Shown here in pieces: positions 1 to 9,664 of a stretch of DNA of 64,000 nucleotides. This DNA is from Bdellovibrionales bacterium (GTDB lineage Bacteria; Bdellovibrionota; Bdellovibrionia; Bdellovibrionales; UBA1609). The stretch spans positions 736,001 to 800,000 of the forward strand of contig CBDCMT010000001.1 in NCBI GenBank assembly GCA_965219095.1. Reading direction: 5' to 3'. The notes under the pieces are model-generated. The model saw nothing but the letters and a program-made list of their open reading frames with translations. It was not told the DNA's origin and made no database searches. Both the position numbers and the translations under genes were made by a program. Positions within the stretch are counted from its first letter, which is position 1, and every line of letters starts with the position of its first letter.

Positions 1-459
1 ACAATTCCAGATAGTGTAACATCTATTAGAGACAGGGCTTTTGCAAATAATTCTTTAACATCAGTTACCATGTCAGATAGTGTTACTCAATATTTTGCGA
101 ACAGTGCTTTTGCAGATAATCAGTTAATTTCTGTAACAATTCCAGATGGTGTTACATCTATTAGGGATAGAGCTTTTGAAAATCAATCTTTTGTATCAGT
201 TACGATTCCAGATAGTGTGACATATATTGGAGAATGGGCTTTTGCAAATAATCAGTTAACTTCAGTGATTATTTTAAATGGAGGCAATCCTCTCAGAATT
301 AACAATAATGCTTTTACAGGAAATGATGGTTTAACCACCGTTTGTATAGAGCAGCTAAGCTACAATTTCTACAATATCCGGATAGTAAGCAACCCTCCTC
401 TTTTAGGCGTAACTCTAGTTTATGATGACGATGGGGATTGCACTAACAATTCACCTTGA
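1..459 (+). CDS. BspA-type leucine-rich repeat (LRR_5) surface protein, C-terminal part; ORF continues upstream of the window
   Basis: Frame open from base 1 (TIPDSVTSIRDRAFANNSLTSVT...); repeated 22-23 aa TIPDSVTxIxxxAFxxNxLxSV units. Confidence 0.88.
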   Translation, partial: TIPDSVTSIRDRAFANNSLTSVTMSDSVTQYFANSAFADNQLISVTIPDGVTSIRDRAFENQSFVSVTIPDSVTYIGEWAFANNQLTSVIILNGGNPLRINNNAFTGNDGLTTVCIEQLSYNFYNIRIVSNPPLLGVTLVYDDDGDCTNNSP

Positions 460-652
460 TATGAAATAGTGAACTTCATTTGTTGGAAAGTGAAGAAATT
501 AGAGAAATTCAAGCTTGGATAGGGTGGTCAGATAACCGACTTACAGTATTGTTAGAGCAATTTACTGTCCTTTTCTCTAGATTAAGATAGAATTTATTTC
601 CATTAATGAAACTCCTATAAAGATTATAGCTAATCATGATCGATTAGTTATT

Positions 653-1396
653 ATGGAAACAGAGGAAGTTCAAAGCAAAGAGATGCTAAGTCTAGCTCAT
701 CATAGAAGCCGAAAACGCATAAGAGACTTAGGAGAGGTTTTTACCCCTGAAAAATATGCACAAGAAATGTTAGATATGTTAGATAAATCTGTCTGGGGAA
801 ATGTAAACACTGTTTTTTTTGAACCAACTTGCGGACATGGGAACTTTGTCATTGCTATTATCCAGAGGCAACTAAAAGCATTTTTCAAAAAGGCTAGCAA
901 ATCAAAAGTTAGAAAGTCTCACTTTTATTCTGTTGCAAATACTTTAAATAATTTATGGGCAATAGATGTTGATAGAAAAAATATAGATTTTTGTAGAAGT
1001 CGTGTTTGGAGTATAGTTTTTAATTTTTTACTAGATAATGAAAAGAGAGGGCTCAGAACTAGTATTTTTATAGATAAAAACAAAGATTTTCTAGCTCATA
1101 TTCTTTCTTGTATTAAATATCAAATTCATGAAAATGAAGCTCTCTCTTGCCTAGAGGACGATCCTATTAAAGCAAAAGAAGCTTCCAACAAGACAAATGT
1201 TAGTAGAAAGTGGTTTAAGAAAAACAAGCACAGACCCATTGATTTTAAACTTTCTTGGTGTGAGTACTTTAAAAATTTAAAAAAATCAAAACCTATTCCT
1301 ATAGAATATAAAAGAAGCATGAAATTTATAGATTCATTTGAAAAAAATATAAAAAACAACCGGTTTAAAGATTTTAATTTTGCGAAAGTAGCTTAG
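653..1396 (+). CDS. DNA methyltransferase-like protein with SAM-binding half only
   Basis: GEVFTP (motif X) and FEPTCGHGNF (motif I); no NPPY/DPPY catalytic motif in the translation. Confidence 0.75.
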   Translation: METEEVQSKEMLSLAHHRSRKRIRDLGEVFTPEKYAQEMLDMLDKSVWGNVNTVFFEPTCGHGNFVIAIIQRQLKAFFKKASKSKVRKSHFYSVANTLNNLWAIDVDRKNIDFCRSRVWSIVFNFLLDNEKRGLRTSIFIDKNKDFLAHILSCIKYQIHENEALSCLEDDPIKAKEASNKTNVSRKWFKKNKHRPIDFKLSWCEYFKNLKKSKPIPIEYKRSMKFIDSFEKNIKNNRFKDFNFAKVA

Positions 1397-1404
1397 GGGA
1401 AAAT

Positions 1405-2859
1405 ATGTCGGAGGCATTAAAATTTGTTAATACCCACGTGGTAGATATCTTAGGCAGCACAAAGGGGCGAGATCAGCCCATTATGAAAATGGACAAAGCT
1501 GTAGAGCTGGTAAAGTGCTTAGATAAAGAGGCTTTAACTAGTGATGAATACGTATTTTTCGATCCATTTTGCAAAGCTGGTGAAATTCTTCTTGCAACAG
1601 CATTAGTTAGAAACCTCTATAAATCAAAGAGAGGCTTAGTGGACACTTACAAAGTATTTGAAGATTTATACAAAAGTAATAGATACTTTGCTCTTGCTCC
1701 AGATGAGAGGCACTACTTGCTTACTCTTAGAACCTTTTACGGAAATGAAAAATCTCATAATAAAAACTTTACAAAAAACATAAGAAATGGCAACTATCTT
1801 TCAGAAGAAAATGGTCGCCTTGATAAGGACAAATTTAACAAGGAGTTAAAAGCCATGTTGGAATATATTAAAGAAAAAACCGGAAGCAAGAAGATTGTTA
1901 CCGTAGGTAACCCCCCTTATCAAGAAGAAGATGAAGGCTACGGAAAAAGTGCTAAACCTATTTATAATATTTTTATTGAATCTCTAATTGATTCACAAGA
2001 AATTCACAAGTTTTCCTTAGTTGTTCCTGCCCGTTGGTTTTCTGGAGGTAAAGGGTTAGATAATTTTCGTAGTCATATGATAGAAGATAAAAAACTTAAG
2101 AAAATAACTTATTTTGAAAATTCTTCTTTTGTTTTTCCTACTGTAGATATTAGAGGTGGAGTATGTTTTTTATATTGGGATAAAAACCATAAAGGAGAAA
2201 CTATTATTGATAATGGAAACCAAACAGAAGAAACGGATCTTTCTAAATGGGATATTATTGTTCCTCATACAGAGGCATACTCAATACTTAATAAAGTATT
2301 AAAGAAGGGTAATACATTTGTTTCTGAAGTAGTGTGGCCGAGAAAGCCTTTTGGTTTACCAGGAAATTATTTTTCAAGAAATCAATTGAATTATTCTGAA
2401 TCAGATCAACCTGTTGAATGTTTAAGTGTAGGAAAAATAATTAACAAAATTCCGAGAAGATTAATTCCAACAAATACAGATAAAATAAATGAGTATCAAG
2501 TAGCTTTTCCAGAAGCTTCTGGTGGTGGTAAAGGCAAGAGGGATCAAATTCTTCCTCGATCGAAGCACTTTTTTATTTTGGAAAGAGGACAAATTTCAAC
2601 AGAAACTTACAGTGTGGCTCATAGTTTTACAAATAAAAAAGAAGCTGAAAATTTTTTATTTTTTTTAAGAACAAATTTCGCAAGGTTTCTTTTGGGTCTG
2701 AGAAAACCAACGCAACATACAAAAAGAGAAACATTTGCTTGGATTCCTTTATTAAATACCAAACAACTTTGGACAGATGAGGGACTTTTTAAGTATTTTA
2801 ATATCAATCTAGAGGAACAGAAATACATTGTAGAACAAGTAGAGAAATGGACTGCTTGA
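1405..2859 (+). CDS. Eco57I-like N6-adenine DNA methyltransferase with C-terminal target-recognition region
   Basis: FDPFCKAGEIL, VGNPPYQ, VVPARWFSGGKGLDNFR, FPTVDIRGGVCFLYW. Confidence 0.85.
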   Translation: MSEALKFVNTHVVDILGSTKGRDQPIMKMDKAVELVKCLDKEALTSDEYVFFDPFCKAGEILLATALVRNLYKSKRGLVDTYKVFEDLYKSNRYFALAPDERHYLLTLRTFYGNEKSHNKNFTKNIRNGNYLSEENGRLDKDKFNKELKAMLEYIKEKTGSKKIVTVGNPPYQEEDEGYGKSAKPIYNIFIESLIDSQEIHKFSLVVPARWFSGGKGLDNFRSHMIEDKKLKKITYFENSSFVFPTVDIRGGVCFLYWDKNHKGETIIDNGNQTEETDLSKWDIIVPHTEAYSILNKVLKKGNTFVSEVVWPRKPFGLPGNYFSRNQLNYSESDQPVECLSVGKIINKIPRRLIPTNTDKINEYQVAFPEASGGGKGKRDQILPRSKHFFILERGQISTETYSVAHSFTNKKEAENFLFFLRTNFARFLLGLRKPTQHTKRETFAWIPLLNTKQLWTDEGLFKYFNINLEEQKYIVEQVEKWTA

Positions 2860-2912
2860 GCAATTTTTTTGAATATTGAAAGATTTTTTATAATTTCAAT
2901 GGGAAAGCATTT

Positions 2913-3614
2913 ATGGAAAAAAGAGCAAATCGTTCAATGATACTTACTCAAAAGTTAGAAGGTATCTCAAAAAAGATATTTGAAAGATATAAAAAAAAAG
3001 TTATCCAGTATATTGGAAACACACCAGGAGTATATGCTCTTTATGATGAAAAAGAGTTATATTATGTAGGTCGTGCCTCTGATCTAGTAAAAAGAGTTAA
3101 TAATCACTTAAAGGATCGACATTCTGCACTTTGGACTCATTTTTCGGTTTATTTTACCAAAAAAGCACAATATGCAAATGATATAGAAGCTGTAATTATT
3201 TCTATAGCACAACCTAAAGGGAACAAAGTGAAACCCAAGTTGGGAAAAGAAAGAAAGCTTAAAGATATACTTAGAAAAGCTATAAAAGAAAGTCATCAGG
3301 AAGAATTAAGAGAGTTGGGATTAGGAAGGAAAAGAAGGGTTGATTCAAAGAAAAAAAGTAAGAATAGACCTAATCTGAAAAATTGTTTTAAAAAAAATAA
3401 ACCTTTGATGAAATCTTATAAAGGCAAACCATATAGAGCTGTTTTACTTAAATCAGGTAAGATTAAATACAAACAAAAATTGTATAATACTCCTACTGCG
3501 GCTGCACAAGCAATTGTGCATAAGCATTCACCAAATTCAGCTGTTAATGGTTGGCACTTTTGGTTCATCAAAGATTCTGAAAATAATTGGGTTAAATTAA
3601 GTGATCTGGATTAA
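2913..3614 (+). CDS. GIY-YIG nuclease fused to a RAMA/DUF4357-like C-terminal domain
   Basis: PGVYALY..LYYVGRA..L.KR...H; C-terminal YNTPTAAA...NGWHFW typical of RAMA domains. Confidence 0.8.
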   Translation: MEKRANRSMILTQKLEGISKKIFERYKKKVIQYIGNTPGVYALYDEKELYYVGRASDLVKRVNNHLKDRHSALWTHFSVYFTKKAQYANDIEAVIISIAQPKGNKVKPKLGKERKLKDILRKAIKESHQEELRELGLGRKRRVDSKKKSKNRPNLKNCFKKNKPLMKSYKGKPYRAVLLKSGKIKYKQKLYNTPTAAAQAIVHKHSPNSAVNGWHFWFIKDSENNWVKLSDLD

Positions 3615-3619
3615 GAGAG

Positions 3620-6067
3620 GTGATCGATATGTCTGAGAAACTAGAACTCTATGTTTATACCACACCTACTTGGCAAAAACAAGGTTTGTTAAAAGTAGGG
3701 CATTGCCTCAAAGGTCGTCATGAAAAACGAATCTATGAGCAATTTGGAGCCAGCAATCCAGAGAAACCAATAATCCTCTGGGTTCGAAACTTACCCAAAG
3801 GAAAAACTGATCATCATATCCATAAACAATTAGAGCAAAATGGTATAGAAAGAAAACCAGATGGATCAGGTCAAGAATGGTTTTACGCTCAGTTAGATGA
3901 TGTAAAAAAAGCTTTCAATCAAGTCGCCTATGGCACAGATAGAAAAAATAGTTTTTCTTTAAGAAAAGAACAAGCTGAAGCTGTAAAAAAAGCAAGTGAT
4001 TGGTTTAATAAAGAATATGAATATAAAACTATAGACTCTGCAACTCATAAAAATAGATTTTTATTAAATGCTAAAATGAGGTTTGGAAAATGCTTTACTG
4101 GTATTCATATTGCAAAAGCCATTGATGCTAGAAAAACTATCGTTGTAACTTATAAGCCAAGAGTCATAGAAGAATGGCTTGAAGCTGTCAATGAACATAC
4201 TGACTTTGAAAGCTGGCAAGGAATTCGTGCTAAGGAAGACAAAAATCCTAATGAGCTTTTCTTGACAGATGATAATAACTTACTTCAAAGCTCAAACCTT
4301 TTAGTTCTTTGTGTTTCTCTGCAAGATTTAGATATTTCTGAAACTGGAGGAGTAAAAGATAGGCTAAAAGAAGTTTTAAAAGTTGATTGGGACTTATTAA
4401 TTTTTGATGAGGTTCATTTTGGAGGCAGAACAGATAGAGTTTCAAACATTTTAAAGTATCTAAAGCCAAAGTTTAGGCTTGATCTTTCTGGAACTCCATT
4501 TCGCTTAATCGGAGCTATCGACTTTTGTCCAGAACAAGTTTTTACCTATAGCTACCTTGATGAACAAGAAAACAAAAAACAGGAAATTAAAAACGATCCT
4601 AATAATGAAAAGCCTTTCATTTACAGGCAGATACCAGATATAAACCTATCAACTATTGAAATTACCGATAAAGATATAAAAACTCAGCGAGAGAGATTTT
4701 TAACGGATGATAGAGATTTTTCTCTCAACGAACTCTTTAGAACAAGTGGCAAAGGTTTTCTTCATAATGATGCTGTTGATAACTTTCTTGAAAGTCTATC
4801 TAAAAGAGAGCATGGAGCCACAGCTTTAAGCGTTTATGGAAGGCTAGGAGATAATCTAGGACTTCCCTCTAAAAGACATAGTGTATGGTGGCTAAATAGA
4901 GTTAATTCTATAAGACAGCTTATAAAAAAATTAAAAAATCATCCTATTTTTTCTCAATATGAAATTATCAATGCAGCCGGAGGACGTTCAGATGAAGATG
5001 ATTTGGATGATGTTATTTTTGCCAAAGGAAAAGATGATATTCTTAAAAAAATAGAAAAAGTCAACTCTGGAAAAGTTAATAAAGCAGGAACTATCACTCT
5101 TACTTGTAGAAAGTTTTTAACAGGAGTAACTATTAAGCCATGGGACTCTATTTTAATCCTAAATGATATTGAATCGGCTGAGAGTTATTTTCAAGCCATT
5201 TTTCGTGTTCAATCTGCATGGATAGGCGAAAACCCAAAAGATGTACTTAAACCTAAGGGATGGGTTTTTGATTTTGCTATTTCTCGTTGCCTTAGAACAA
5301 CTTATAGCTATGCTCGTGCCTTAACAGATCAAATTGATCAGCAAGATAGCCATAATCAATTAAATCTTAATAGGAAGGGCAATGTAGAGAGAATTACAGA
5401 TGGACTCTGCTCATCTCTTGATATAAAAACTTTCTATCAAGGGAGTTTAAAAAGTGATCCTGTTACATCTAGGGAAATCTTTGAAGCTGTTAATAGTGAA
5501 GGTGCAAAAATTGCTCTTGCAAAACGAATTACTAGTAATATGCTGGTTTCTTTTCCTGCTCTTGCACTATTAGAAGTTCACCCTCATTTGTATGAAGCCT
5601 TAAAAAATGTTAAAGGATATAGAACTCAAGAAGTAGGAAGTATTGATGATTTAGTTAGTATAGGAAAAGAAGCTAAGGAAAAATTAAAAGAAGATAGAAA
5701 CAAAGAAAAAACAGAAGAAGAGATTGAAGAAGAAACAAAAAATGAAATAGAAAAGGAAAAAGATAAGAAAAAAAAGAGCAAGAAAAAATGGTATGCTACT
5801 CAGATAAAAAGACTTGCTATTTGCATGGCAGACTTTATTTATATGACAAAATTTAGAGAGTATAAAATTGATCATGTTATTGAAACCAAAGACTCTGAGT
5901 TCTTTAAAGTTGTCACTGGGGTCAGTAAAGATGATTTTACTGACCTATGCGATAAAGGTTTCATTCATAGAGAATCTCTCAATAGAATTGTACGAGAATT
6001 TAAACATCAAGAAGAGAGTTCTTTGAAGCCAGAAGAATATATTTTTGAGCACGTTAAAGTGGCATAG
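3620..6067 (+). CDS. SF2 (ResIII/DEAD-like) helicase with N-terminal T5orf172/GIY-YIG-like nuclease domain; likely restriction subunit
   Basis: LYVY..LLKVGH..RI..Q and EWF at the N-terminus; NAKMRFGK, DEVH, LSGTP, FLTGVT, YFQAIFRVQ helicase motifs. Confidence 0.8.
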   Translation: MIDMSEKLELYVYTTPTWQKQGLLKVGHCLKGRHEKRIYEQFGASNPEKPIILWVRNLPKGKTDHHIHKQLEQNGIERKPDGSGQEWFYAQLDDVKKAFNQVAYGTDRKNSFSLRKEQAEAVKKASDWFNKEYEYKTIDSATHKNRFLLNAKMRFGKCFTGIHIAKAIDARKTIVVTYKPRVIEEWLEAVNEHTDFESWQGIRAKEDKNPNELFLTDDNNLLQSSNLLVLCVSLQDLDISETGGVKDRLKEVLKVDWDLLIFDEVHFGGRTDRVSNILKYLKPKFRLDLSGTPFRLIGAIDFCPEQVFTYSYLDEQENKKQEIKNDPNNEKPFIYRQIPDINLSTIEITDKDIKTQRERFLTDDRDFSLNELFRTSGKGFLHNDAVDNFLESLSKREHGATALSVYGRLGDNLGLPSKRHSVWWLNRVNSIRQLIKKLKNHPIFSQYEIINAAGGRSDEDDLDDVIFAKGKDDILKKIEKVNSGKVNKAGTITLTCRKFLTGVTIKPWDSILILNDIESAESYFQAIFRVQSAWIGENPKDVLKPKGWVFDFAISRCLRTTYSYARALTDQIDQQDSHNQLNLNRKGNVERITDGLCSSLDIKTFYQGSLKSDPVTSREIFEAVNSEGAKIALAKRITSNMLVSFPALALLEVHPHLYEALKNVKGYRTQEVGSIDDLVSIGKEAKEKLKEDRNKEKTEEEIEEETKNEIEKEKDKKKKSKKKWYATQIKRLAICMADFIYMTKFREYKIDHVIETKDSEFFKVVTGVSKDDFTDLCDKGFIHRESLNRIVREFKHQEESSLKPEEYIFEHVKVA

Positions 6068-6076
6068 TTAAAAATT

Positions 6077-6210
6077 GTAACTGTTCACTTAAATTCTAGT
6101 GATTTTAAAAATAAATAAAATCAGTGAATTATAGTTTTAACATTGCCCCGACCACCTAAAAGAACAAATCTAAAGTTAGGGATAACTGAACAATGTAGGT
6201 GAGCAGTTAC
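6077..6210. mobile_element. 134-bp hybrid IS66 mini-element / scar
   Basis: Left end GTAACTGTTCACTTAAATTCTAGT matches the IS66 end at 40073; right end CTAAAGTTAGGGATAACTGAACAATGTAGGTGAGCAGTTAC is identical to 45118-45158. Confidence 0.85.
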
Positions 6211-6283
6211 AAAAAATCATTTATTAACATCCTACGTAAAACTCAGATTTACATTAAAGTATTTTTCACAAATGGAGAAAGAC

Positions 6284-6961
6284 ATGAAAATAAAAATTTT
6301 CACACTACTCCTATGCCTAATCTCAGCCATTCCCTCTCACGCTTTCTGGGGCGGAGACTTAATCTATCTATCAAAAATACTCCAGCAGTCTATCTATCAA
6401 CTAAAGCAACTCCAAAAAATCACAGGAGCTAACGAAGAAACTCTAAAACTCTTGAGAGACACCAATCGAGGACTTCACGAAGCCATGTATGTTGGAGACA
6501 CAATCAATAGAACTCTTAAGGCAGGAACTTTTTCCAAACTAAAAAACTTAAACGAAAGCATCCAAGCTGTTAAGAATCTCTATGGAAGAATCCCAAAAAC
6601 TAGTGAGGCAACTTTGCAAAAAAAGACCGATCTCTCTATCGCTGAAAGCTTAAATCATCACAACAACGTCTACAGATACGCCAAGCAAACTGATGAGCTT
6701 GCAAAACAGATGAAACACTATGCTCACAGAGCTTCACAAGCTGGGGCTACTAAAACAATTTTAGAATCTCAGGCCATAATGATTCACACGCTCAATCAAA
6801 TCTTAAGAACCAATGCCACTTTGTTAAAAATTCAAACCCAAGAACTTGCTCTTAAAAATAAAGCTAACAAAAATCACTCAAGACAATTTCAAGTTCAGTA
6901 CTCTGAACTTGGGAATGCTTTCAAAAATCTAAAACCAAACTATAACCTCACCTCTTTTTAA
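6284..6961 (+). CDS. Exported conjugation protein, VirB5/TrbJ-like
   Basis: Signal peptide ending SHA|FWGG; helical Q/L-rich body; lies before a VirB6-like gene. Confidence 0.5.
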   Translation: MKIKIFTLLLCLISAIPSHAFWGGDLIYLSKILQQSIYQLKQLQKITGANEETLKLLRDTNRGLHEAMYVGDTINRTLKAGTFSKLKNLNESIQAVKNLYGRIPKTSEATLQKKTDLSIAESLNHHNNVYRYAKQTDELAKQMKHYAHRASQAGATKTILESQAIMIHTLNQILRTNATLLKIQTQELALKNKANKNHSRQFQVQYSELGNAFKNLKPNYNLTSF

Positions 6962-6985
6962 AAAATCAAAAATAAGGGAGTCGTT

Positions 6986-7774
6986 ATGGATAATTTCAAT
7001 CTTCTTGCCCCAATGGCAAGAGAACTTTATTTTGAATTAAAATACCTCTACTTTTTACTACTCCCATTATTTTTCTTAACTGCAATCACCATTACTTGGT
7101 TTCAAGGATCAGGTGACTTTGTAGAAAAAACAAAAAAAGTTTTTATTGGAACCATCTTGCTTATTGCTTTCCCTGAAATCTCCCAAGCTATCTTAGATAT
7201 TACAAATGGTCTTGCCGATAAAATTGATGACATGAGTGGAATTGAAAATATTATGAAGCAAGCTGGACTTAAAATGGAAAGCTATCAAAAACCAAGCTTC
7301 AAAAGTCTCCTTGCTTTTGGTGATATGTTAATCGCCGTACTTACTTATCTCTCCTATCTAATTATGTACTGTGCAAGATTTATCATGGTAGCAATTTTTC
7401 ATTTTAGTTGGGCATTCTTAACCATTCTCTCTCCTATAATTCTTCTTTTCCACGTATTCAGCAGTAAAATGACTGTAAACCTCTTTAGAAGTATGGTGGA
7501 GATTGCCTCATGGAAGATAGTCTGGGCGATACTCTCTTTAATTCTAAAGACCCTCCCTTGGGGAGAAACCATAGCCATTAAGGGCAACTATTTAACTCTA
7601 ATTGTCATGAACTTTGTCGTAGCTCTTTCAATGGTGGCAACCCCAATAGTGGTAAGAAGCCTTGTAGGCTCTGGTTTTACAGCTTTTACAAGTTCTTTAA
7701 CACCCCTCGTAGCTATAACTATGACATCTGTAAAAGCTAAAGCTATGCATTTAGCTAACTTGATAAAAAAGTAA
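6986..7774 (+). CDS. Polytopic membrane conjugation protein, VirB6/TrbL-like
   Basis: Five or six hydrophobic segments, ILSPIILL motif, context of T4SS-like genes. Confidence 0.6.
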   Translation: MDNFNLLAPMARELYFELKYLYFLLLPLFFLTAITITWFQGSGDFVEKTKKVFIGTILLIAFPEISQAILDITNGLADKIDDMSGIENIMKQAGLKMESYQKPSFKSLLAFGDMLIAVLTYLSYLIMYCARFIMVAIFHFSWAFLTILSPIILLFHVFSSKMTVNLFRSMVEIASWKIVWAILSLILKTLPWGETIAIKGNYLTLIVMNFVVALSMVATPIVVRSLVGSGFTAFTSSLTPLVAITMTSVKAKAMHLANLIKK

Positions 7775-7989
7775 GTATGACCATTTGAATAAAATCAAAT
7801 GCCTTGATAATACCTTAGAGTTTATCATATCCTTATAGTTAAGGGGCAAAAATACAGCAATATGAATACAACTCTTATCTCAAATAACATTAAAAAAAAT
7901 TTCCTCTAGACAAGAACAAAAAGGAGATCAGAGAGCCTTTCCAGTTTTGCTGGCTTCGTCCACAGAAAATCTGCAATTGCATAACAGAA

Positions 7990-8155
7990 GGTACATAGGA
8001 AATAAAAATAGTTGAAAAGAAGAAATCACAAAAAAATCATACACTCCAGATTCTTACTTTCATTGATACTAAACAGCAAAAAAGGACTTGTAAAAAGAGT
8101 AGGCTCTGATAAAGGCGGGTACTGGAAAGTCCTCAAAGCTAAATCCAAAAAATAA
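7990..8155 (+). pseudogene. Remnant of a C-terminal winged-HTH domain (Fic/RecG-associated type)
   Basis: 8081-8155 reads KGLVKRVGSDKGGYWKVLK; upstream part is out of frame and has no start. Confidence 0.55.
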
Positions 8156-8193
8156 TCCATTTTTTTAAAATTTAAATTAAAAAAGGAGTTATC

Positions 8194-8793
8194 ATGAAAA
8201 ATTTCATGTCTCGTAAATACTTTGAGGTTTGGGCAGACGAACAAGCTCAAAACTCAATTCTAAAAGGCTTGTTAGCCTTTTTTGTAACTATTAACATAGC
8301 TCTGATTATTTCCCTAACAATACTCTCTAGCAAAAAACCCTATCTTATCTCTATTGATAGCAAAACAACCAAGATAAACACATCAAAATCAATCCCTGAA
8401 AACTTAATCAAAAAAGAAATCATAAACGCTATCACTCGCTTTATAAAATTACGTCACAACTGGAATGATAAAACTATAGAAACAAATCTTAAAAAATCAG
8501 CTCAATTTATAGCTCCTCAATTTAAAGCTAAGTTTTTAAAAGCACACAAAGAAAATATGAAGACTGCTAAATCTAAAAAGATCACTCAAAAGTTCTACTC
8601 TTCAGAAATCAAGATTGATTCTCTTAAAAAAGAAATCCTCTTTACGGGAGATAGAATTCTAATCGTTGATGGGCTTCGAGCCACTCAGCCTATGACTTTT
8701 AAATTAAACTACATCTTTGCAGATAGAACCGAGAGCAATCCAGAAGGAGTTTATATTCTAAAAGAAACTCTCATTTCAACCCTAACCCACTAA
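8194..8793 (+). CDS. VirB8/TrbF/TraK-like conjugation protein
   Basis: Single N-terminal TM helix; C-terminal RTESNPEGVYI resembles the VirB8-family NPxG motif. Confidence 0.65.
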   Translation: MKNFMSRKYFEVWADEQAQNSILKGLLAFFVTINIALIISLTILSSKKPYLISIDSKTTKINTSKSIPENLIKKEIINAITRFIKLRHNWNDKTIETNLKKSAQFIAPQFKAKFLKAHKENMKTAKSKKITQKFYSSEIKIDSLKKEILFTGDRILIVDGLRATQPMTFKLNYIFADRTESNPEGVYILKETLISTLTH

Positions 8794-8806
8794 AAGGAGT
8801 GAGAAT

Positions 8807-9655
8807 ATGTTTAAAAAAGAAAAGTTAGAAAGTGTTTTTCTAACTGAAAAGAACCGGTATTCTAAAAAGAAAAATCTCAAAGTAAAAAATATTGTAGTTG
8901 TCTTATCTCTGGCTTTACTTGCTATTTTAGTTCTTGGAATTATCTTTGAAAAAAAAGAAATAAGGACAAGAGAACAACCCACCAACTATTTTAACAATCT
9001 CCCTCATAAAAACCCTTCTCTTTTGAGTAAATACAAAGAACCTGAGTATGATGATATTAAAATAGAAGATGCTCCAAAACCAATTACAAAGACTTCTTTC
9101 AGCAAAGATGCTCTTATTGGCTCAAAGCAAGCTGTAGAGCTTTTAGGCAAAGTCATATCTAATTCAAGAGGTGTCGTCCCCATACGAGTAAAAACCATCA
9201 CTCATAAAAACTCAAAAGACTATGAGCTAGACTTTAGGCTAAAAGAAGGCACTCTTTTACTGGGAAAAGGGAGGGTGGATAGATTATCAAAAAGACTCCA
9301 CATAACTTTTCATAGTCTGCTTATAAAGGGCAAGAGAATTTCTATTCAAGCTAAAGCCTTTATGGAAGATGGAACTTTTGGAGTTAAGGGAGAGTACAAC
9401 TCAGGAGAGCTAAAAAAATATGGCTCTCGTTTTGGCTCAAACTTTATTGGCGGAGTCTCTCAAGGCTTAAAGGAAAAAACTATTACTAAGTCAGGAAACG
9501 TTTTAGAGCTTGGTGGTTTAAAAAATGCTATTTTAAACGGACTATCTCTTTCTTTCTTGGACTTTGCTCAAGATAAAGCTAGAGGCAATGAAAACCCAAG
9601 TGCTGTCATTATCATTCCAGACAAAACAAAATTCTTTGTTTATTTTGAAAACTAA
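8807..9655 (+). CDS. VirB10/TrbI/TraM-like conjugation protein
   Basis: N-terminal TM, then GTLLLG..RLHITF, DGTFGVKG and a helical antenna segment. Confidence 0.65.
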   Translation: MFKKEKLESVFLTEKNRYSKKKNLKVKNIVVVLSLALLAILVLGIIFEKKEIRTREQPTNYFNNLPHKNPSLLSKYKEPEYDDIKIEDAPKPITKTSFSKDALIGSKQAVELLGKVISNSRGVVPIRVKTITHKNSKDYELDFRLKEGTLLLGKGRVDRLSKRLHITFHSLLIKGKRISIQAKAFMEDGTFGVKGEYNSGELKKYGSRFGSNFIGGVSQGLKEKTITKSGNVLELGGLKNAILNGLSLSFLDFAQDKARGNENPSAVIIIPDKTKFFVYFEN

Positions 9656-9664
9656 GGGTTATTT

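Noticed and set aside
1..270. Regularly spaced direct repeats that could be taken for a CRISPR array
   Set aside because: They are in-frame 66-69 bp LRR coding repeats with no unique spacers and no cas genes
460..652. Possible left att site of the tRNA-Pro element
   Set aside because: No copy of the tRNA 3' end found here by eye; the boundary may lie upstream or be deleted
6199..6432. 77-aa ORF
   Set aside because: Starts in an IS end and overlaps the better ORF at 6284 in another frame
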